NCBI GenBank assembly: GCA_965207185.1
Contig: OZ242271.1
Coordinates: 3,197,086-3,261,085, forward strand
From: Chloroflexota bacterium
Lineage (GTDB): Bacteria > Chloroflexota > UBA11872
Direction: 5' to 3'
DNA: 64,000 nucleotides
Positions 54,951 through 64,000 of the stretch are shown here, piece by piece. The notes beneath the pieces are model-generated. The model had not been told where the DNA came from. It saw nothing but the letters and a program-made list of their open reading frames with translations, and searched no databases. The first letter of the stretch is position 1. Every line of letters begins with the position of its first letter. A program made the translations under genes and the position numbers.

Positions 54951-57401
54951 CTAGGCTGATCCGGACGCGGCTGCCGGTCCCTGTTGATCCGTCGCCGCGG
55001 ATTCGTTCATCAATACGGTTGCTAGCACGGTGTCCATGTCGTCAACCCATACGAAGCGCATCTGCTTGCGCACCCGCATGGGGATGTCGTCCAGGTCGGA
55101 TCGGTTCTCTTCCGGTGCGATCACGGTGTGCAGGCCGGCCCGATGCGCGGCCAGCACCTTCTCCTTCAGGCCGCCGATCGGCAGCACGCGCCCCCGCAGG
55201 GTCACCTCGCCCGTCATCGCAATCTCGCGCCGCACCCGGCGGCCGGTCATCGCCGAGATGATCGCCGCGCCCATCGTGATCCCGGCGGACGGCCCGTCCT
55301 TCGGCACCCCGCCGGCCGGCACGTGCACGTGCAGGTCGCGCTCGGCAAACAGCCCGGGATCCACGCCCAGCACGCCGGTGCGCGCCCGCGCAAACGACAG
55401 CGCCGCGCGGGCCGACTCGCTCATCACGTCGCCCAGCTGCCCGGTCAGGCGCACCTTGCCGGCGCCCGCGATCCAGGCCGCCTCCACGTCCAGCACCTCG
55501 CCGCCGACCGGCGTCACCGCCAGGCCCGTCGCCACGCCCACTTCCGGCGTGCGCAACTCGTCCTCCGGCAGATATTTCGCCGGCCCCAGCGCCGATCGCA
55601 CCCGGCGCGGCGTCACCCGCGCGGCCGTTCGGTTGTTGGCCGCGATCCGGCGAGCCAGCTTGCGGCACACCGCCGCCAGTTCGCGCTCGAGGTTCCGCAC
55701 CCCCGCCTCGCGGGTGTAGTGCCGAATGACCTCGCGCACCGCCCGATCGGTAAACGTAATGCCGGACTTCCGCAAACCGTGGCTGCGAATCTGCCGCGGC
55801 AACAGGTATCCCTGCGCGATCCGCACCTTCTCGTCTTCCGTATACCCGCTCAGCTCGATGACCTCCATCCGGTCCCGCAGCACCGGCGGAATGTCCTCGG
55901 CCGTGTTCGCCGTGGTCACAAACAGCACCCGCGAAAGATCGAACGGCACTTCCAGGTAGTGGTCCGAGAAGCTGTGGTTGTATTCCGGGTCCAGCACCTC
56001 CAGCAGCGCCGACGAGGGATCGCCCCGGAAATCTCGGCCGATCTTGTCGATCTCGTCCAGCAGCATCACCGGATTGCGCGAGCCGGCCCGTCGCAGCGCC
56101 TGGATGATCCGGCCCGGCAGCGCCCCCACGTAGGTGCGTCGATGCCCGCGGATCTCGGCCTCGTCGCGCACCCCGCCCAGCGAGATGCGCACGAACTCGC
56201 GACCCAGCGCCCGCGCGATCGAGCGGCCCAGGCTCGTCTTGCCCACCCCCGGCGGACCCGCGAAACAAACGATCGGGGTCCGGAATTTGGACGAAATTGC
56301 GCGCACCGCCAGGAACTCCAGCACCCGCTCCTTGGGCTTCTCCAGCCCGTAGTGATCGCGGTCCAGCACACGCCGCGCGCGCGCCAGGCTGCGGTGGTCG
56401 CGCGTTTCGTGCGCCCACGGCAGCGCCAGCAGCCAGTCCAGGTAGCTTCGAATCACTCCCACCTCGGGCGAGGTCGGCGGCGTCGCGTCCAGCCGCGAAA
56501 TTTCCTGCTGCGCCTTCGCCGCCACGTCCTTCGGCAAGTCCGAGGCGTCCACCCGGTCGCTCAGGTCCTGCGCGTCGTCCGTCTGCGGGCTGGATATGCC
56601 TAGTTCCCGCTGGATCGCCCGCAGCTGCTCGCGCAGGTAATAGTCGCGCTGCACCTTCTCAATCCCGTCCTGGATCTCGCCCTGGATCTTGTTGCGAATG
56701 TTCAGAATCTCGACCTGCTTGGCCAGATAGCGCGCCACAAAGCGCAGCCGCTCGGTCAGATCCAGCGTCTCCAACACCGTCTGCCGCTCGTGCGGCGACA
56801 TGTCCGACGAAAAGGCCACATAGTCCGCCAGCCAGCCGGGATCGCCGGCGCGGCGTGTCATGGCCACCGTCTCGGGAGCGAACATGTTCGTCTCCTCCGC
56901 CACCCCCTCCACGTGCGTCACCACCACCCGGCGCAGCGCCTCCAGCTCCAGCGACGGGCTATACCGCACCGTCAGCGGCGTCACGCGGGCTTCAAAGTGC
57001 TCCGCCACCTGCGTGATCTCGTCCACCGACGCCCGATACTGGCCTTCCAGCAACACCTGTACGCCGCCGTCCGGCATGCGCAGCCGCCGGATCACCTTGG
57101 CTGCCGTGCCCACCGAGCACAGGTGCTCCGGATCCACGGTCTTGCGCGCCCGGCGCTGCGTCACCACCACGACCAGGTCGCCGCTGTCGGCCGCCGCCGC
57201 CAGCGCGTCCACCGAGACGGCTCGGCTGGCGTGCAGCGGCATCGTCAACTCTGGATAGGCCACCCAGTCGGGCAACGGCACCACCGGCAGGCGCGTCGAC
57301 TCCGGACGCACCGAAACCACGGTGCGCCGCGGTACCGCCTGCCCGCTTCCCTGATCCTCGCTGCCGTCGGCTTCGGCCTCGGCGCGTTTCGATCCAGTCA
57401 T
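54951..57401 (-). CDS. lon: ATP-dependent Lon protease (LonA)
   Basis: Lon N-domain, AAA+ (GPPGVGKTS), protease domain with catalytic Ser in DGPSAGIT and Lys in ...[12 protein letters not shown]. The ORF-track start (57440) is a TTG inside a TTGACA -35 box. I place the start at ATG 57401 ([10 protein letters not shown]...). Confidence 0.9.
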   Translation of the reverse strand: MTGSKRAEAEADGSEDQGSGQAVPRRTVVSVRPESTRLPVVPLPDWVAYPELTMPLHASRAVSVDALAAAADSGDLVVVVTQRRARKTVDPEHLCSVGTAAKVIRRLRMPDGGVQVLLEGQYRASVDEITQVAEHFEARVTPLTVRYSPSLELEALRRVVVTHVEGVAEETNMFAPETVAMTRRAGDPGWLADYVAFSSDMSPHERQTVLETLDLTERLRFVARYLAKQVEILNIRNKIQGEIQDGIEKVQRDYYLREQLRAIQRELGISSPQTDDAQDLSDRVDASDLPKDVAAKAQQEISRLDATPPTSPEVGVIRSYLDWLLALPWAHETRDHRSLARARRVLDRDHYGLEKPKERVLEFLAVRAISSKFRTPIVCFAGPPGVGKTSLGRSIARALGREFVRISLGGVRDEAEIRGHRRTYVGALPGRIIQALRRAGSRNPVMLLDEIDKIGRDFRGDPSSALLEVLDPEYNHSFSDHYLEVPFDLSRVLFVTTANTAEDIPPVLRDRMEVIELSGYTEDEKVRIAQGYLLPRQIRSHGLRKSGITFTDRAVREVIRHYTREAGVRNLERELAAVCRKLARRIAANNRTAARVTPRRVRSALGPAKYLPEDELRTPEVGVATGLAVTPVGGEVLDVEAAWIAGAGKVRLTGQLGDVMSESARAALSFARARTGVLGVDPGLFAERDLHVHVPAGGVPKDGPSAGITMGAAIISAMTGRRVRREIAMTGEVTLRGRVLPIGGLKEKVLAAHRAGLHTVIAPEENRSDLDDIPMRVRKQMRFVWVDDMDTVLATVLMNESAATDQQGPAAASGSA

Positions 57402-57411
57402 ATCAGGCACG

Positions 57412-57441
57412 ATAGTAGGTATTGAGTGAGTCACTGTCAAG
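57412..57441 (-). promoter_or_regulatory. Candidate sigma70-type promoter (TTGACA-17-TACTAT) overlapped by a HAIR-like HspR operator, immediately upstream of lon
   Basis: Minus strand 5'-CTTGACAgtgactcACTCAATacc TACTAT cgtgcctgat ATG. HAIR consensus is CTTGAGT-N7-ACTCAAG; here CTTGACA-N7-ACTCAAT matches 11/14 with the correct 7-nt spacer. The -10 box ends roughly 10 nt before the ATG, implying a leaderless or near-leaderless mRNA. Confidence 0.5.
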
Positions 57442-57532
57442 TAATCTTACTTACTTCCAGTCAGTATCATCTCGCCGCCCGCACCGGCACTCACCACGAT
57501 TGCTCCGCGAGATCGGGGGCGTCCGCCCTGTC

Positions 57533-58945
57533 CTAACCGCGGATCCCCACGCCCGGCGGGGCGGCCGTGGCCACACCTGCCGCGGGGCATTCGCCGCACC
57601 ACTTTTCCCGGCACCAGCGGCGGTATATCCGCAGCAGCCCTTGCTGCGCCAGCGCCGATCCCAGCCCGCGTCGTTCCAGCCGCAGCGTGTCGGCCATGTA
57701 GCGCGTGTGACGGTTCCAGCCAACCGATCCCAGGCCGGCCAACACCGTGGCGGCCGCGTCGACCAGTTCGGGCCGCCGCGACCAGCCCCCCAGCGCCGCC
57801 GCGAACGGCAGCACCGCGTTCACCAGCACCTCCAGGCTCCGCCCGCGCCCGATCAGCGCCGGCAGCGGCCGCGCCGCCCGCCGCCCCACGTCCAGGCGCC
57901 GCGCCCAGAAGTCCTCCGGACCTACTCGTACTTGGAACCACTCGACCAGGTCGCGACCGCGCCCTTCGTCGTTGGCGTTCAGCACCTGCCCCGCCAGCCG
58001 CTCCGCCAGCCGACGCCGCGCCATTGGCGCCATGCTCAACAGCCTGGCCGCCCCCGCCAGTCGCCGCGCCGGCCGGTTGTGGGGGCGCACCGCCGCCAGC
58101 GTCCAGTCCTCGACCGCCGGCGCCGCGCGCGGCGAGCCGCTGGCCCAGGCCTCCTCGAGCGCGTGCTCATGCGAGTGCTCCGCTTGCTGCCCTCGCTGGC
58201 TCGGCAGCAACCCCGCCGCTCCAAGCAGCTCAGCCTCCACCCGGATCCGCCGCGCCGTCAGCGACGGCCCCGCCAGCGAACTCAGCAGCTCGATCGGCGC
58301 CGCCTCGGCCACCGCCTCGAATTGCTCGGTGTTGGCGCTATATCCCAGCGCCCGCATAATCGCCCGATACAGCGCCTGGTCCGCACCCAGCGCCTCGATG
58401 TCGCTCTCCAGCACCGCCGCCCGCTCCCTGTGCCGCCGCAGACCCTCCGCCTCCACCGTCGCGCGCACGTCCTCCCGGGCCGCCGGCCGCGATCCTGCGA
58501 TCCAGCACGGCCACCCGGCCGGCTTCGCACGCTGACCTCGACGCTCCCCGCGATTGGCCAGCGCCTGCGTCGCCACAATGCACGGCGGCCGGGTCGAGTC
58601 GCTGCGGGCCGCCGCCGTCCAGACCAGGTGCAACAAGTCACCGGCGTAGCGCGCGTCCGCGTCGTGCCCATGCGCCCCCCAGGACGCCTCGTGCAGGTGG
58701 ACTTCCACGTGGATCCGGCGCGCCGGACCGCCCTCAATGCTTACGATCGCGTCTTGCAGGTCCGGACCTGCCAGGCCCGTCCGTCGGCCGGGGTATACCA
58801 CCTCGATCGATCGCCCCAGTGAATCGCGCATGGGACCGGCACGCGAGGCAACCTCCAGCCACAATTGCACCAGTTCGGCTTCGGACCCCGGCCGCGGCGG
58901 GTCGCCGACCCCGATTGCGTCGCGCGTCAACGACAACTCCGTCAC
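57533..58945 (-). CDS. conserved hypothetical protein (possibly DUF2851-like; C-terminal CxxC...CGEC cluster)
   Basis: 470-aa ORF with host-like codon usage and ...HVEVHLHEASWGAHGHD... and ...WCREKWCGECPA... motifs. Function unknown. Confidence 0.55.
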   Translation of the reverse strand: MTELSLTRDAIGVGDPPRPGSEAELVQLWLEVASRAGPMRDSLGRSIEVVYPGRRTGLAGPDLQDAIVSIEGGPARRIHVEVHLHEASWGAHGHDADARYAGDLLHLVWTAAARSDSTRPPCIVATQALANRGERRGQRAKPAGWPCWIAGSRPAAREDVRATVEAEGLRRHRERAAVLESDIEALGADQALYRAIMRALGYSANTEQFEAVAEAAPIELLSSLAGPSLTARRIRVEAELLGAAGLLPSQRGQQAEHSHEHALEEAWASGSPRAAPAVEDWTLAAVRPHNRPARRLAGAARLLSMAPMARRRLAERLAGQVLNANDEGRGRDLVEWFQVRVGPEDFWARRLDVGRRAARPLPALIGRGRSLEVLVNAVLPFAAALGGWSRRPELVDAAATVLAGLGSVGWNRHTRYMADTLRLERRGLGSALAQQGLLRIYRRWCREKWCGECPAAGVATAAPPGVGIRG

Positions 58946-59060
58946 CGCGCACTAAAACGCTCACAGCTTAGTGTGCCCCAATTGTGTCCCGCCCTCCCGC
59001 TATTGACGCGCACCGCATCCTTCCGCACACTCGCCTCGAACTCTTGGGCTACGAGTACGC

Positions 59061-59141
59061 ATGACCCACGGTCACTCGCCAGCTTGCGGCGTCTATTTTG
59101 CGTTTCCAGGGCCGGCGCAGCCGGATCGTGACTCTATGTAG
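59061..59141 (+). CDS. candidate 26-aa leader peptide (MTHGHSPACGVYFAFPGPAQPDRDSM) with Tyr-Phe-Ala-Phe run
   Basis: Short ORF (ATG 59061, TAG 59139-59141) ending 22 nt before an intrinsic terminator in the aroF 5' region. It contains 3 aromatic codons (TAT TTT ... TTT). Confidence 0.3.
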   Translation: MTHGHSPACGVYFAFPGPAQPDRDSM

Positions 59142-59164
59142 TCCAACGATTCGCGGACGCCGGC

Positions 59165-59195
59165 AGCAGAGGTGAAAGCCTCTGCTTTTTTCTTT
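59165..59195 (+). terminator. intrinsic terminator/attenuator hairpin roughly 45 nt upstream of the aroF start
   Basis: Stem agcagagg/cctctgct (8 bp), loop tgaaag, followed by TTTTTTCTTT. aroF has RBS AGGAG at 59225-59229 and ATG at 59239. Confidence 0.6.
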
Positions 59196-59238
59196 CTCCG
59201 AGAACCCACCGCCACCGCCCACATCAGGAGCCCGCCCG

Positions 59239-60270
59239 ATGATCATCGTCATGAAAAATACCGCCGGCCAGGCGGCCCTGGATGCGGTCGAAGCCCGCGT
59301 CCAGGCCGAGGGTCTGGAAACCCGCGTCCTGCCCGGCGAGCACAAGACCGTCATCGCCGTCATCGGCACCCGTCCGCCCGAGCTGCTCCAACAGCTTGAG
59401 CGCATGCCCCACGTCGAGGCCACCATCCCGATCAGCGAACCCTTCAAGCTCGCCGCCCGTACCGACAGCCGCGAGCGCTCGGTCATCCAGGTCGGCGACA
59501 TGGAGATCGGCAACGGCGCCGTCACCATCATGGCCGGCCCCTGCACCGTCGAGAGCCCCGAGCAAATGGCCGCCACCGCCCAACACGTCGCCTCCGCCGG
59601 CGCCCAGCTGCTGCGCGGCGGCGCCTACAAGCCGCGCAGCTCCCCCTACAGCTTCCAGGGCATGGGCGTCCGCGGCCTTGAACTCCTGGCCGAGGCCCGC
59701 GAGGCCACCGGCCTCCCGGTCATCACCGAGGTCCTTGACCCACGTCAGGTCGAAGTCGTGGCCGAATACGCCGACGTCATGCAGATCGGCACCCGCAACG
59801 CCCAGAACTACCCGCTCTTGCGCGAAGTCGGCGGCTGCGGCCGCCCCGCCCTGCTCAAGCGCGGCATGGGCAACACTATCGACGAGTGGCTCATGTGCGC
59901 CGAGTACATCATGGCCGCCGGCAACCCCGACGTGATGCTCTGCGAGCGCGGCATCCGCACCTTCGAAACCTCCTCGCGCTTCACCCTCGACCTCAACGCC
60001 ATCCCCTTGCTGCGGCGCCGCACCCACCTGCCCATCGTCGTCGACCCCTCCCAGGGCACCGGCCACTGGTACATGGTCCAATCCATGGCCCTGGCCTCCG
60101 TCGCGGCCGGCGCCGACGGCATCATCGTCGAGGTCCATCCCTCGCCCGAGTCCGCCTTGATCGACGGCCAGCAGAGCCTCAGCTTCAGGCACTTCAGCGA
60201 GTTGATGGCCCAGCTCGAACCGATGGCCGCGGCCCTGGGGCGCCCGCTCGGCGCAGTGGTCGGCGCGTGA
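59239..60270 (+). CDS. aroF: 3-deoxy-7-phosphoheptulonate (DAHP) synthase, type I-beta with N-terminal ACT/ferredoxin-like regulatory domain
   Basis: Roughly 75-aa N-terminal regulatory domain, then a KDO8PS/DAH7PS core ...GPCTVES..Q...A.....G...LRGGA.KPR.SPYSFQG......G..L..A......PV.TEV.D...... Confidence 0.85.
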   Translation: MIIVMKNTAGQAALDAVEARVQAEGLETRVLPGEHKTVIAVIGTRPPELLQQLERMPHVEATIPISEPFKLAARTDSRERSVIQVGDMEIGNGAVTIMAGPCTVESPEQMAATAQHVASAGAQLLRGGAYKPRSSPYSFQGMGVRGLELLAEAREATGLPVITEVLDPRQVEVVAEYADVMQIGTRNAQNYPLLREVGGCGRPALLKRGMGNTIDEWLMCAEYIMAAGNPDVMLCERGIRTFETSSRFTLDLNAIPLLRRRTHLPIVVDPSQGTGHWYMVQSMALASVAAGADGIIVEVHPSPESALIDGQQSLSFRHFSELMAQLEPMAAALGRPLGAVVGA

Positions 60271-61571
60271 CCGACGCCCCCGCCCCGCCGGGCGCCGTCG
60301 TCGTCGAACCGGCCCGCCGCCTGCGCGGCGAGCTCACGGTTCCCGGCGACAAGTCCATCACCCACCGGGGCCTCCTGCTCGGCGTCCAGGCGGCCGGACG
60401 TTCGCGCCTGCGCAACCCCGGCCTCGGCGCCGACACTCGCGCCAGCGCCGCGCTCGTCCGGGCGCTCGGCGCGGAAGTCTCGATCGACGCGGACGAGCTC
60501 CGCGTCGTCGGCCTCGGCCTCCACGGCCTCAAGGAACCCGCCGACGTCCTCGACTGCGGCAACAGCGGCACCACCATGCGCCTCGCCGCCGGCCTGCTCG
60601 CCGGGCGGCCCCTGCACGCAGTCCTCACCGGCGACGCCTCCCTGCGCACCCGCCCCATGGACCGCATCGTGCGCCCCCTGCGCGCCCTCGGCGCGCGCAT
60701 CGACGGCCGCGCCAACGGCGCCTACGCCCCCCTCGCCCTCGCACCCGGCCACCTTCACGGCGCTGAGCTGGACATCCCCGTCGCCAGCGCCCAGGTCAAG
60801 TCCGCCATCCTCCTCGCCGCCTTGCGCGCCGACGGCTCCACCCTGCTGCGCCAGCCCGCCCCCTCCCGCGACCACACCGAACGCATCCTCAGCGCCCAGG
60901 GCGCCGTTCTCCACACCACCGGCGGCGAGATTCGCTGCGAACCCGCCGACGACCTCCACGCCCTCGATCTCGACGTCCCCGGCGATATCTCCTCCGCCGC
61001 CTTCTGGATCGCCGCCGCCGTCCTCCATCCCGACGCGGAAATCACCGTTCGCAACGTCGGCCTCAACCCGCTCCGCACCGGCATCCTCGACGCCCTCCAG
61101 GACATGGGCGCCGACATCGACGTACAGATCGAAACCACCGACCCGGAACCCTCGGGCGCCGTCACCGCGCGCTCATCCAACCTGAGATCGGTCCACGCCG
61201 GCGGCCACCTCATCCCCCGCCTCATCGACGAAGCCTCCCTCCTCGCCCTCCTCGCCACCCGAGCCCACGGCGAATCCCGTATCACCGACGCCCAGGAACT
61301 CCGTGTCAAGGAATCCGACCGCCTCCACACCACCGAACGCGCCCTCTCCGCCCTCGGCCTCGAGCTCGAGGCCGAACCCGACGGCTTCACCGTCGCCGGC
61401 GGCGCCCGCGCGGCCGGCGGCACCGTCGACGCCGCCGGTGATCACCGCATCGCCATGCTCGCCGCCGTCGCCGCCGTCAGCGGAACCGGCCCCGTCACCA
61501 TCCGCGGCGCCCAGGCCGTCAACGTCTCCTATCCCAGCTTCTGGGACGACCTCGCCCGCCTCGCCAGATGA
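60267..61571 (+). CDS. aroA: 3-phosphoshikimate 1-carboxyvinyltransferase (EPSP synthase); GTG start overlapping aroF stop (GTGA)
   Basis: ...[19 protein letters not shown]....S.L.N.....D.......LG... and C-terminal ...[12 protein letters not shown].....V.I.......SYP.F.DDL. The frame is open far upstream; the first start consistent with EPSPS length is GTG 60267. Confidence 0.8.
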   Translation: MTDAPAPPGAVVVEPARRLRGELTVPGDKSITHRGLLLGVQAAGRSRLRNPGLGADTRASAALVRALGAEVSIDADELRVVGLGLHGLKEPADVLDCGNSGTTMRLAAGLLAGRPLHAVLTGDASLRTRPMDRIVRPLRALGARIDGRANGAYAPLALAPGHLHGAELDIPVASAQVKSAILLAALRADGSTLLRQPAPSRDHTERILSAQGAVLHTTGGEIRCEPADDLHALDLDVPGDISSAAFWIAAAVLHPDAEITVRNVGLNPLRTGILDALQDMGADIDVQIETTDPEPSGAVTARSSNLRSVHAGGHLIPRLIDEASLLALLATRAHGESRITDAQELRVKESDRLHTTERALSALGLELEAEPDGFTVAGGARAAGGTVDAAGDHRIAMLAAVAAVSGTGPVTIRGAQAVNVSYPSFWDDLARLAR

Positions 61572-62431
61572 GCGCCGCCTACGCCGTCATCGGCTGGCCC
61601 CTCGGCCACACCCTCTCCCCCGTCATGCACCAGGCCGCTCTCGACGAACTCGGCCTCGACGCCACCTACACCGCCCTGCCCACGCCCCCGGGCACCGAAT
61701 CCGACCGCTTCCAGGGCGTCCGCACCGGCGCCCTGGACGGCCTCAACGTCACCATCCCCCACAAGCTCGCCGCCTTCCGCGCCATGGATCGCCTCACCCC
61801 CGCCGCCCAACGCACCGGCGCCGTCAACACCGTCATCCGCGACGGCTCGCGCCTCCTCGGCGACAACACCGACCCCTACGGCTTCATCGAAGCCCTCCGC
61901 CAATTCGGCGGCTTCGATCCGGCCGGTTCGTCCGCCGTGGTGCTCGGCGCGGGCGGCGCCGCCCGCGCCGCCGTCCTGGCCCTGCTCGACAGCGGCGCCA
62001 GCCGCATCATCGTCGCCAACCGCACACCCGCCCGCGCCCACGAACTCGTGAAAAACCTCGAACCGCCCGACGGCCCGCCCATTGACGCCTATGCGCTAAC
62101 CGACAGCCGCCTGCCCCTGCTCATGCCCCACGCCCAACTCCTCGTCAACACCACCAGCGTCGGCATGGATGGCGGCCCCGCGCCCGCCGAAAGCCCAGTG
62201 CCCCCCGACTGGCTCCACCCCAACCTCTTCGTCTACGACATCGTCTACCGCCCCGCCGTCACGCCCCTCCTCGCAGCCGCCCAACAGATCGGCGCATCCA
62301 CCCTCGGCGGCCTCGAAATGCTCGTCATGCAAGGCGCCGCCAGCCTCCAACAATGGACCGGCCGCCCCGCCCCGGCGCGTACCATGCTCACAGCCGCCCG
62401 CACCGCCCTGCACGCCAGCGAGTCACCGTGA
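61568..62431 (+). CDS. aroE: shikimate dehydrogenase
   Basis: [24 protein letters not shown]...NVTIPHK......D......GAVNT......G..LGDNTD..G......VLGAGGAARA. ATG overlaps the aroA stop (ATGA). Confidence 0.88.
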   Translation: MSAAYAVIGWPLGHTLSPVMHQAALDELGLDATYTALPTPPGTESDRFQGVRTGALDGLNVTIPHKLAAFRAMDRLTPAAQRTGAVNTVIRDGSRLLGDNTDPYGFIEALRQFGGFDPAGSSAVVLGAGGAARAAVLALLDSGASRIIVANRTPARAHELVKNLEPPDGPPIDAYALTDSRLPLLMPHAQLLVNTTSVGMDGGPAPAESPVPPDWLHPNLFVYDIVYRPAVTPLLAAAQQIGASTLGGLEMLVMQGAASLQQWTGRPAPARTMLTAARTALHASESP

Positions 62432-62779
62432 TCGGACCCAACCTGGCAGCCCGTCGTCTCCTCCCTTTCCCTGTGCAATCCTTGCAACGCGCCACTCGCC
62501 CTCGAAGCCACGGCGGCTCTTACTTCCTCTCCTGGCGGATGGCAACTGTGCGCGGCGTCTATCTCTTCCAGGAGACGCCGCTCTTCACCCTCTCCAAGGG
62601 GAGAGGCAGATTCGGGCGTCTTCGGCCGAAATCGGTGAGGGGTCTTCCGGGCACCAATCCCCGGGTTGCGAAAACGTCTCCAGTCGGCTGGAATTCACTG
62701 GAGAGACTTCTCCGTTTGCCAGTGAATCTGCCCCACTACCGGCTGGACGCCGGCCCTACCGAAACTTCACCCTGACCCC

Positions 62780-63964
62780 ATGGCCAACCTCCGCTACCTG
62801 ACCGCCGGCGAATCCCACGGCCCCGGCCTCACCGTCATCGTCGAAGGCCTGCCCCTCGGCGTCCCCCTCGGCGTCCAGGACATCAACCCCGACCTTTCGC
62901 GACGCCAGGGCGGTTACGGCCGCGGCGGCCGCATGAAAATCGAGCGCGACCAGGCCGTCATCCGCAGCGGCATCCGCCTCGGTGAAACCCTCGGCAGCCC
63001 CATCACCCTCCTCATCGAGAATCGCGACTGGGCCAACTGGGGCGAGAAAATGGCCATCGAGGCCCGGCCCGACGACGTCCCCCCCGTCACCAAGCCCCGC
63101 CCCGGCCACGCCGACCTCGCCGGCATGATCAAATACGGCACCGGCGACCTGCGCAACATCCTCGAACGCTCCAGCGCCCGCGAAACCACCGCCCGCGTCG
63201 CCGTCGGCGCCGTCGCCCGCAAATTCCTCGCCGAACTCGGCATCCGCATCCGCAGCCGCACCGCCCGCATCGGGCCCATATTTGACGAACCCGGCCTCGA
63301 CCACGCCCGCCCCGAAAACTGGCCCTGGGACGACGTCGAAGCCTCCCCCGTCCGCGCCGTCACCCCCGAGCGCGCCGACCGGATGATCGCCGAAATCGAC
63401 GCCGCCCGCGTTGAAGGCTCCACCCTCGGCGGCGTCTTCGAAGTCGTCGCCTGGGGCGCCCCCGTCGGCCTTGGCAGCCACGTCCAGTGGGACCGCAAGC
63501 TCGACGCCCGCCTCACCCAGGCCATCGTCAGCATCAACGCCGTCAAGGGCGCCGAAATCGGCCCTGCCTTCGCCAACGCCGCCGCCCGCGGCCACGACGT
63601 GCACGACGAAATCGCCATCGACCCCGACCGCGGCTGGGCCCGCCTTTCCAACCGCGCCGGCGGCTTCGAGGGCGGCATGACCAACGGCCAGCCCATCGTC
63701 GTCCGCGGCGCCCTCAAGCCCATCTCCACCATGCGCCGCCCCCTCCGCACCGTCGACGTCGCCACCCTCCAACCCACCACCGCCCACTTCGAACGCTCCG
63801 ACGTCTGCGTCGTCCCCGCCGCCGGCGTCATCGGCGAAGCCATGACCGCCCTCGTCCTGGCCGACGCCATCCTCGACAAATTCGGCGGCGACAGCCTCCC
63901 CGAAACCCGCGACAACCTGGAACGCTTCCGCCAGGGCTACGCCATACCCCCCGAATCCGAATGA
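62780..63964 (+). CDS. aroC: chorismate synthase
   Basis: MANLRYLTAGESHGPGLTVIVEGLP.G......I...L.RRQ.GYGRGGRMKIE.D...I.SG.R.G.T.G.PI.L.I.N.D. Confidence 0.92.
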   Translation: MANLRYLTAGESHGPGLTVIVEGLPLGVPLGVQDINPDLSRRQGGYGRGGRMKIERDQAVIRSGIRLGETLGSPITLLIENRDWANWGEKMAIEARPDDVPPVTKPRPGHADLAGMIKYGTGDLRNILERSSARETTARVAVGAVARKFLAELGIRIRSRTARIGPIFDEPGLDHARPENWPWDDVEASPVRAVTPERADRMIAEIDAARVEGSTLGGVFEVVAWGAPVGLGSHVQWDRKLDARLTQAIVSINAVKGAEIGPAFANAAARGHDVHDEIAIDPDRGWARLSNRAGGFEGGMTNGQPIVVRGALKPISTMRRPLRTVDVATLQPTTAHFERSDVCVVPAAGVIGEAMTALVLADAILDKFGGDSLPETRDNLERFRQGYAIPPESE

Positions 63965-64000
63965 CAACCTCCAGCGTCGACCGCGTCTTCCTGGTCGGCA
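63961..64000 (+). CDS. aroK: probable shikimate kinase (5' fragment; runs off window)
   Basis: ATG overlaps the aroC stop (ATGA). The first 13 codons MTTSSVDRVFLVG resemble the shikimate-kinase N-terminus leading into the P-loop. Confidence 0.45.
   Translation, partial: MTTSSVDRVFLVG

Noticed and set aside
57441-57532. Possible tRNA or small RNA in the slightly AT-richer lon upstream region
   Set aside because: No cloverleaf or T-loop (GTTCRANYC) signature. The region is better explained as the lon promoter/HAIR element.
62533-62775. 83-codon plus-strand ORF in the aroE-aroC spacer
   Set aside because: Uses AGA/AGG/CTT/AAT/TCA codons that are rare in the neighbouring genes, and overlaps multiple hairpins. 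Treated as non-coding structured RNA instead.

Overview
This 64 kb window is about 68-70% GC and almost fully coding. The r-protein sequences (EF-Tu motifs, r-protein extensions, 1547-aa RpoC) point to a high-GC Chloroflexota/Thermomicrobia-like or Deinococcus-Thermus-like organism, but this is an inference only. Contents, in order:

- **1-25876, minus strand:** one uninterrupted array rpoB-rpoC-rpsL-rpsG-fusA-tuf-S10 operon-spc operon-secY-adk-map-infA-rpmJ-rpsM-rpsK-rpsD (3' partial). Intergenic gaps are tiny, and many r-proteins carry lineage-specific insertions or extensions.
- **25877-26473:** a roughly 600-nt rpoB leader, plus an intrinsic terminator that closes the upstream minus-strand unit grpE-dnaJ-prmA-HIT.
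- **29654-41830, minus strand:** a 930-aa Tat/lipoprotein-type NHL-repeat beta-propeller protein, followed by a 10-gene glycan biosynthesis cluster (priming sugar transferase, 3 GT2, 2 GT4, Wzy/O-antigen-ligase-like membrane protein, RmlD, two small unknowns).
- **41869-48488:** miaB and a co-transcribed PQQ-like lipoprotein (plus strand), a membrane-anchored hypothetical, an Eis-like GNAT, a Nudix hydrolase and a creatininase-family protein.
- **48649-57441, minus strand:** a fused heat-shock unit lon-dnaK-grpE-dnaJ(class II)-hspR-clpB, with a HAIR-like HspR operator overlapping a TTGACA/TACTAT promoter and an apparently leaderless lon start.
- **57533-58945:** a conserved hypothetical gene.
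- **58946-64000, plus strand:** an aromatic amino acid operon aroF(ACT-fused)-aroA-aroE, a structured low-GC spacer, then aroC-aroK (partial). A candidate leader peptide plus intrinsic terminator (attenuator) precedes aroF.

I found no rRNA, tRNA, CRISPR or mobile elements. No single spectacular novel system is evident. The most interesting signals are the regulatory RNAs/attenuators, the HspR-lon fusion, and the glycan/NHL locus.
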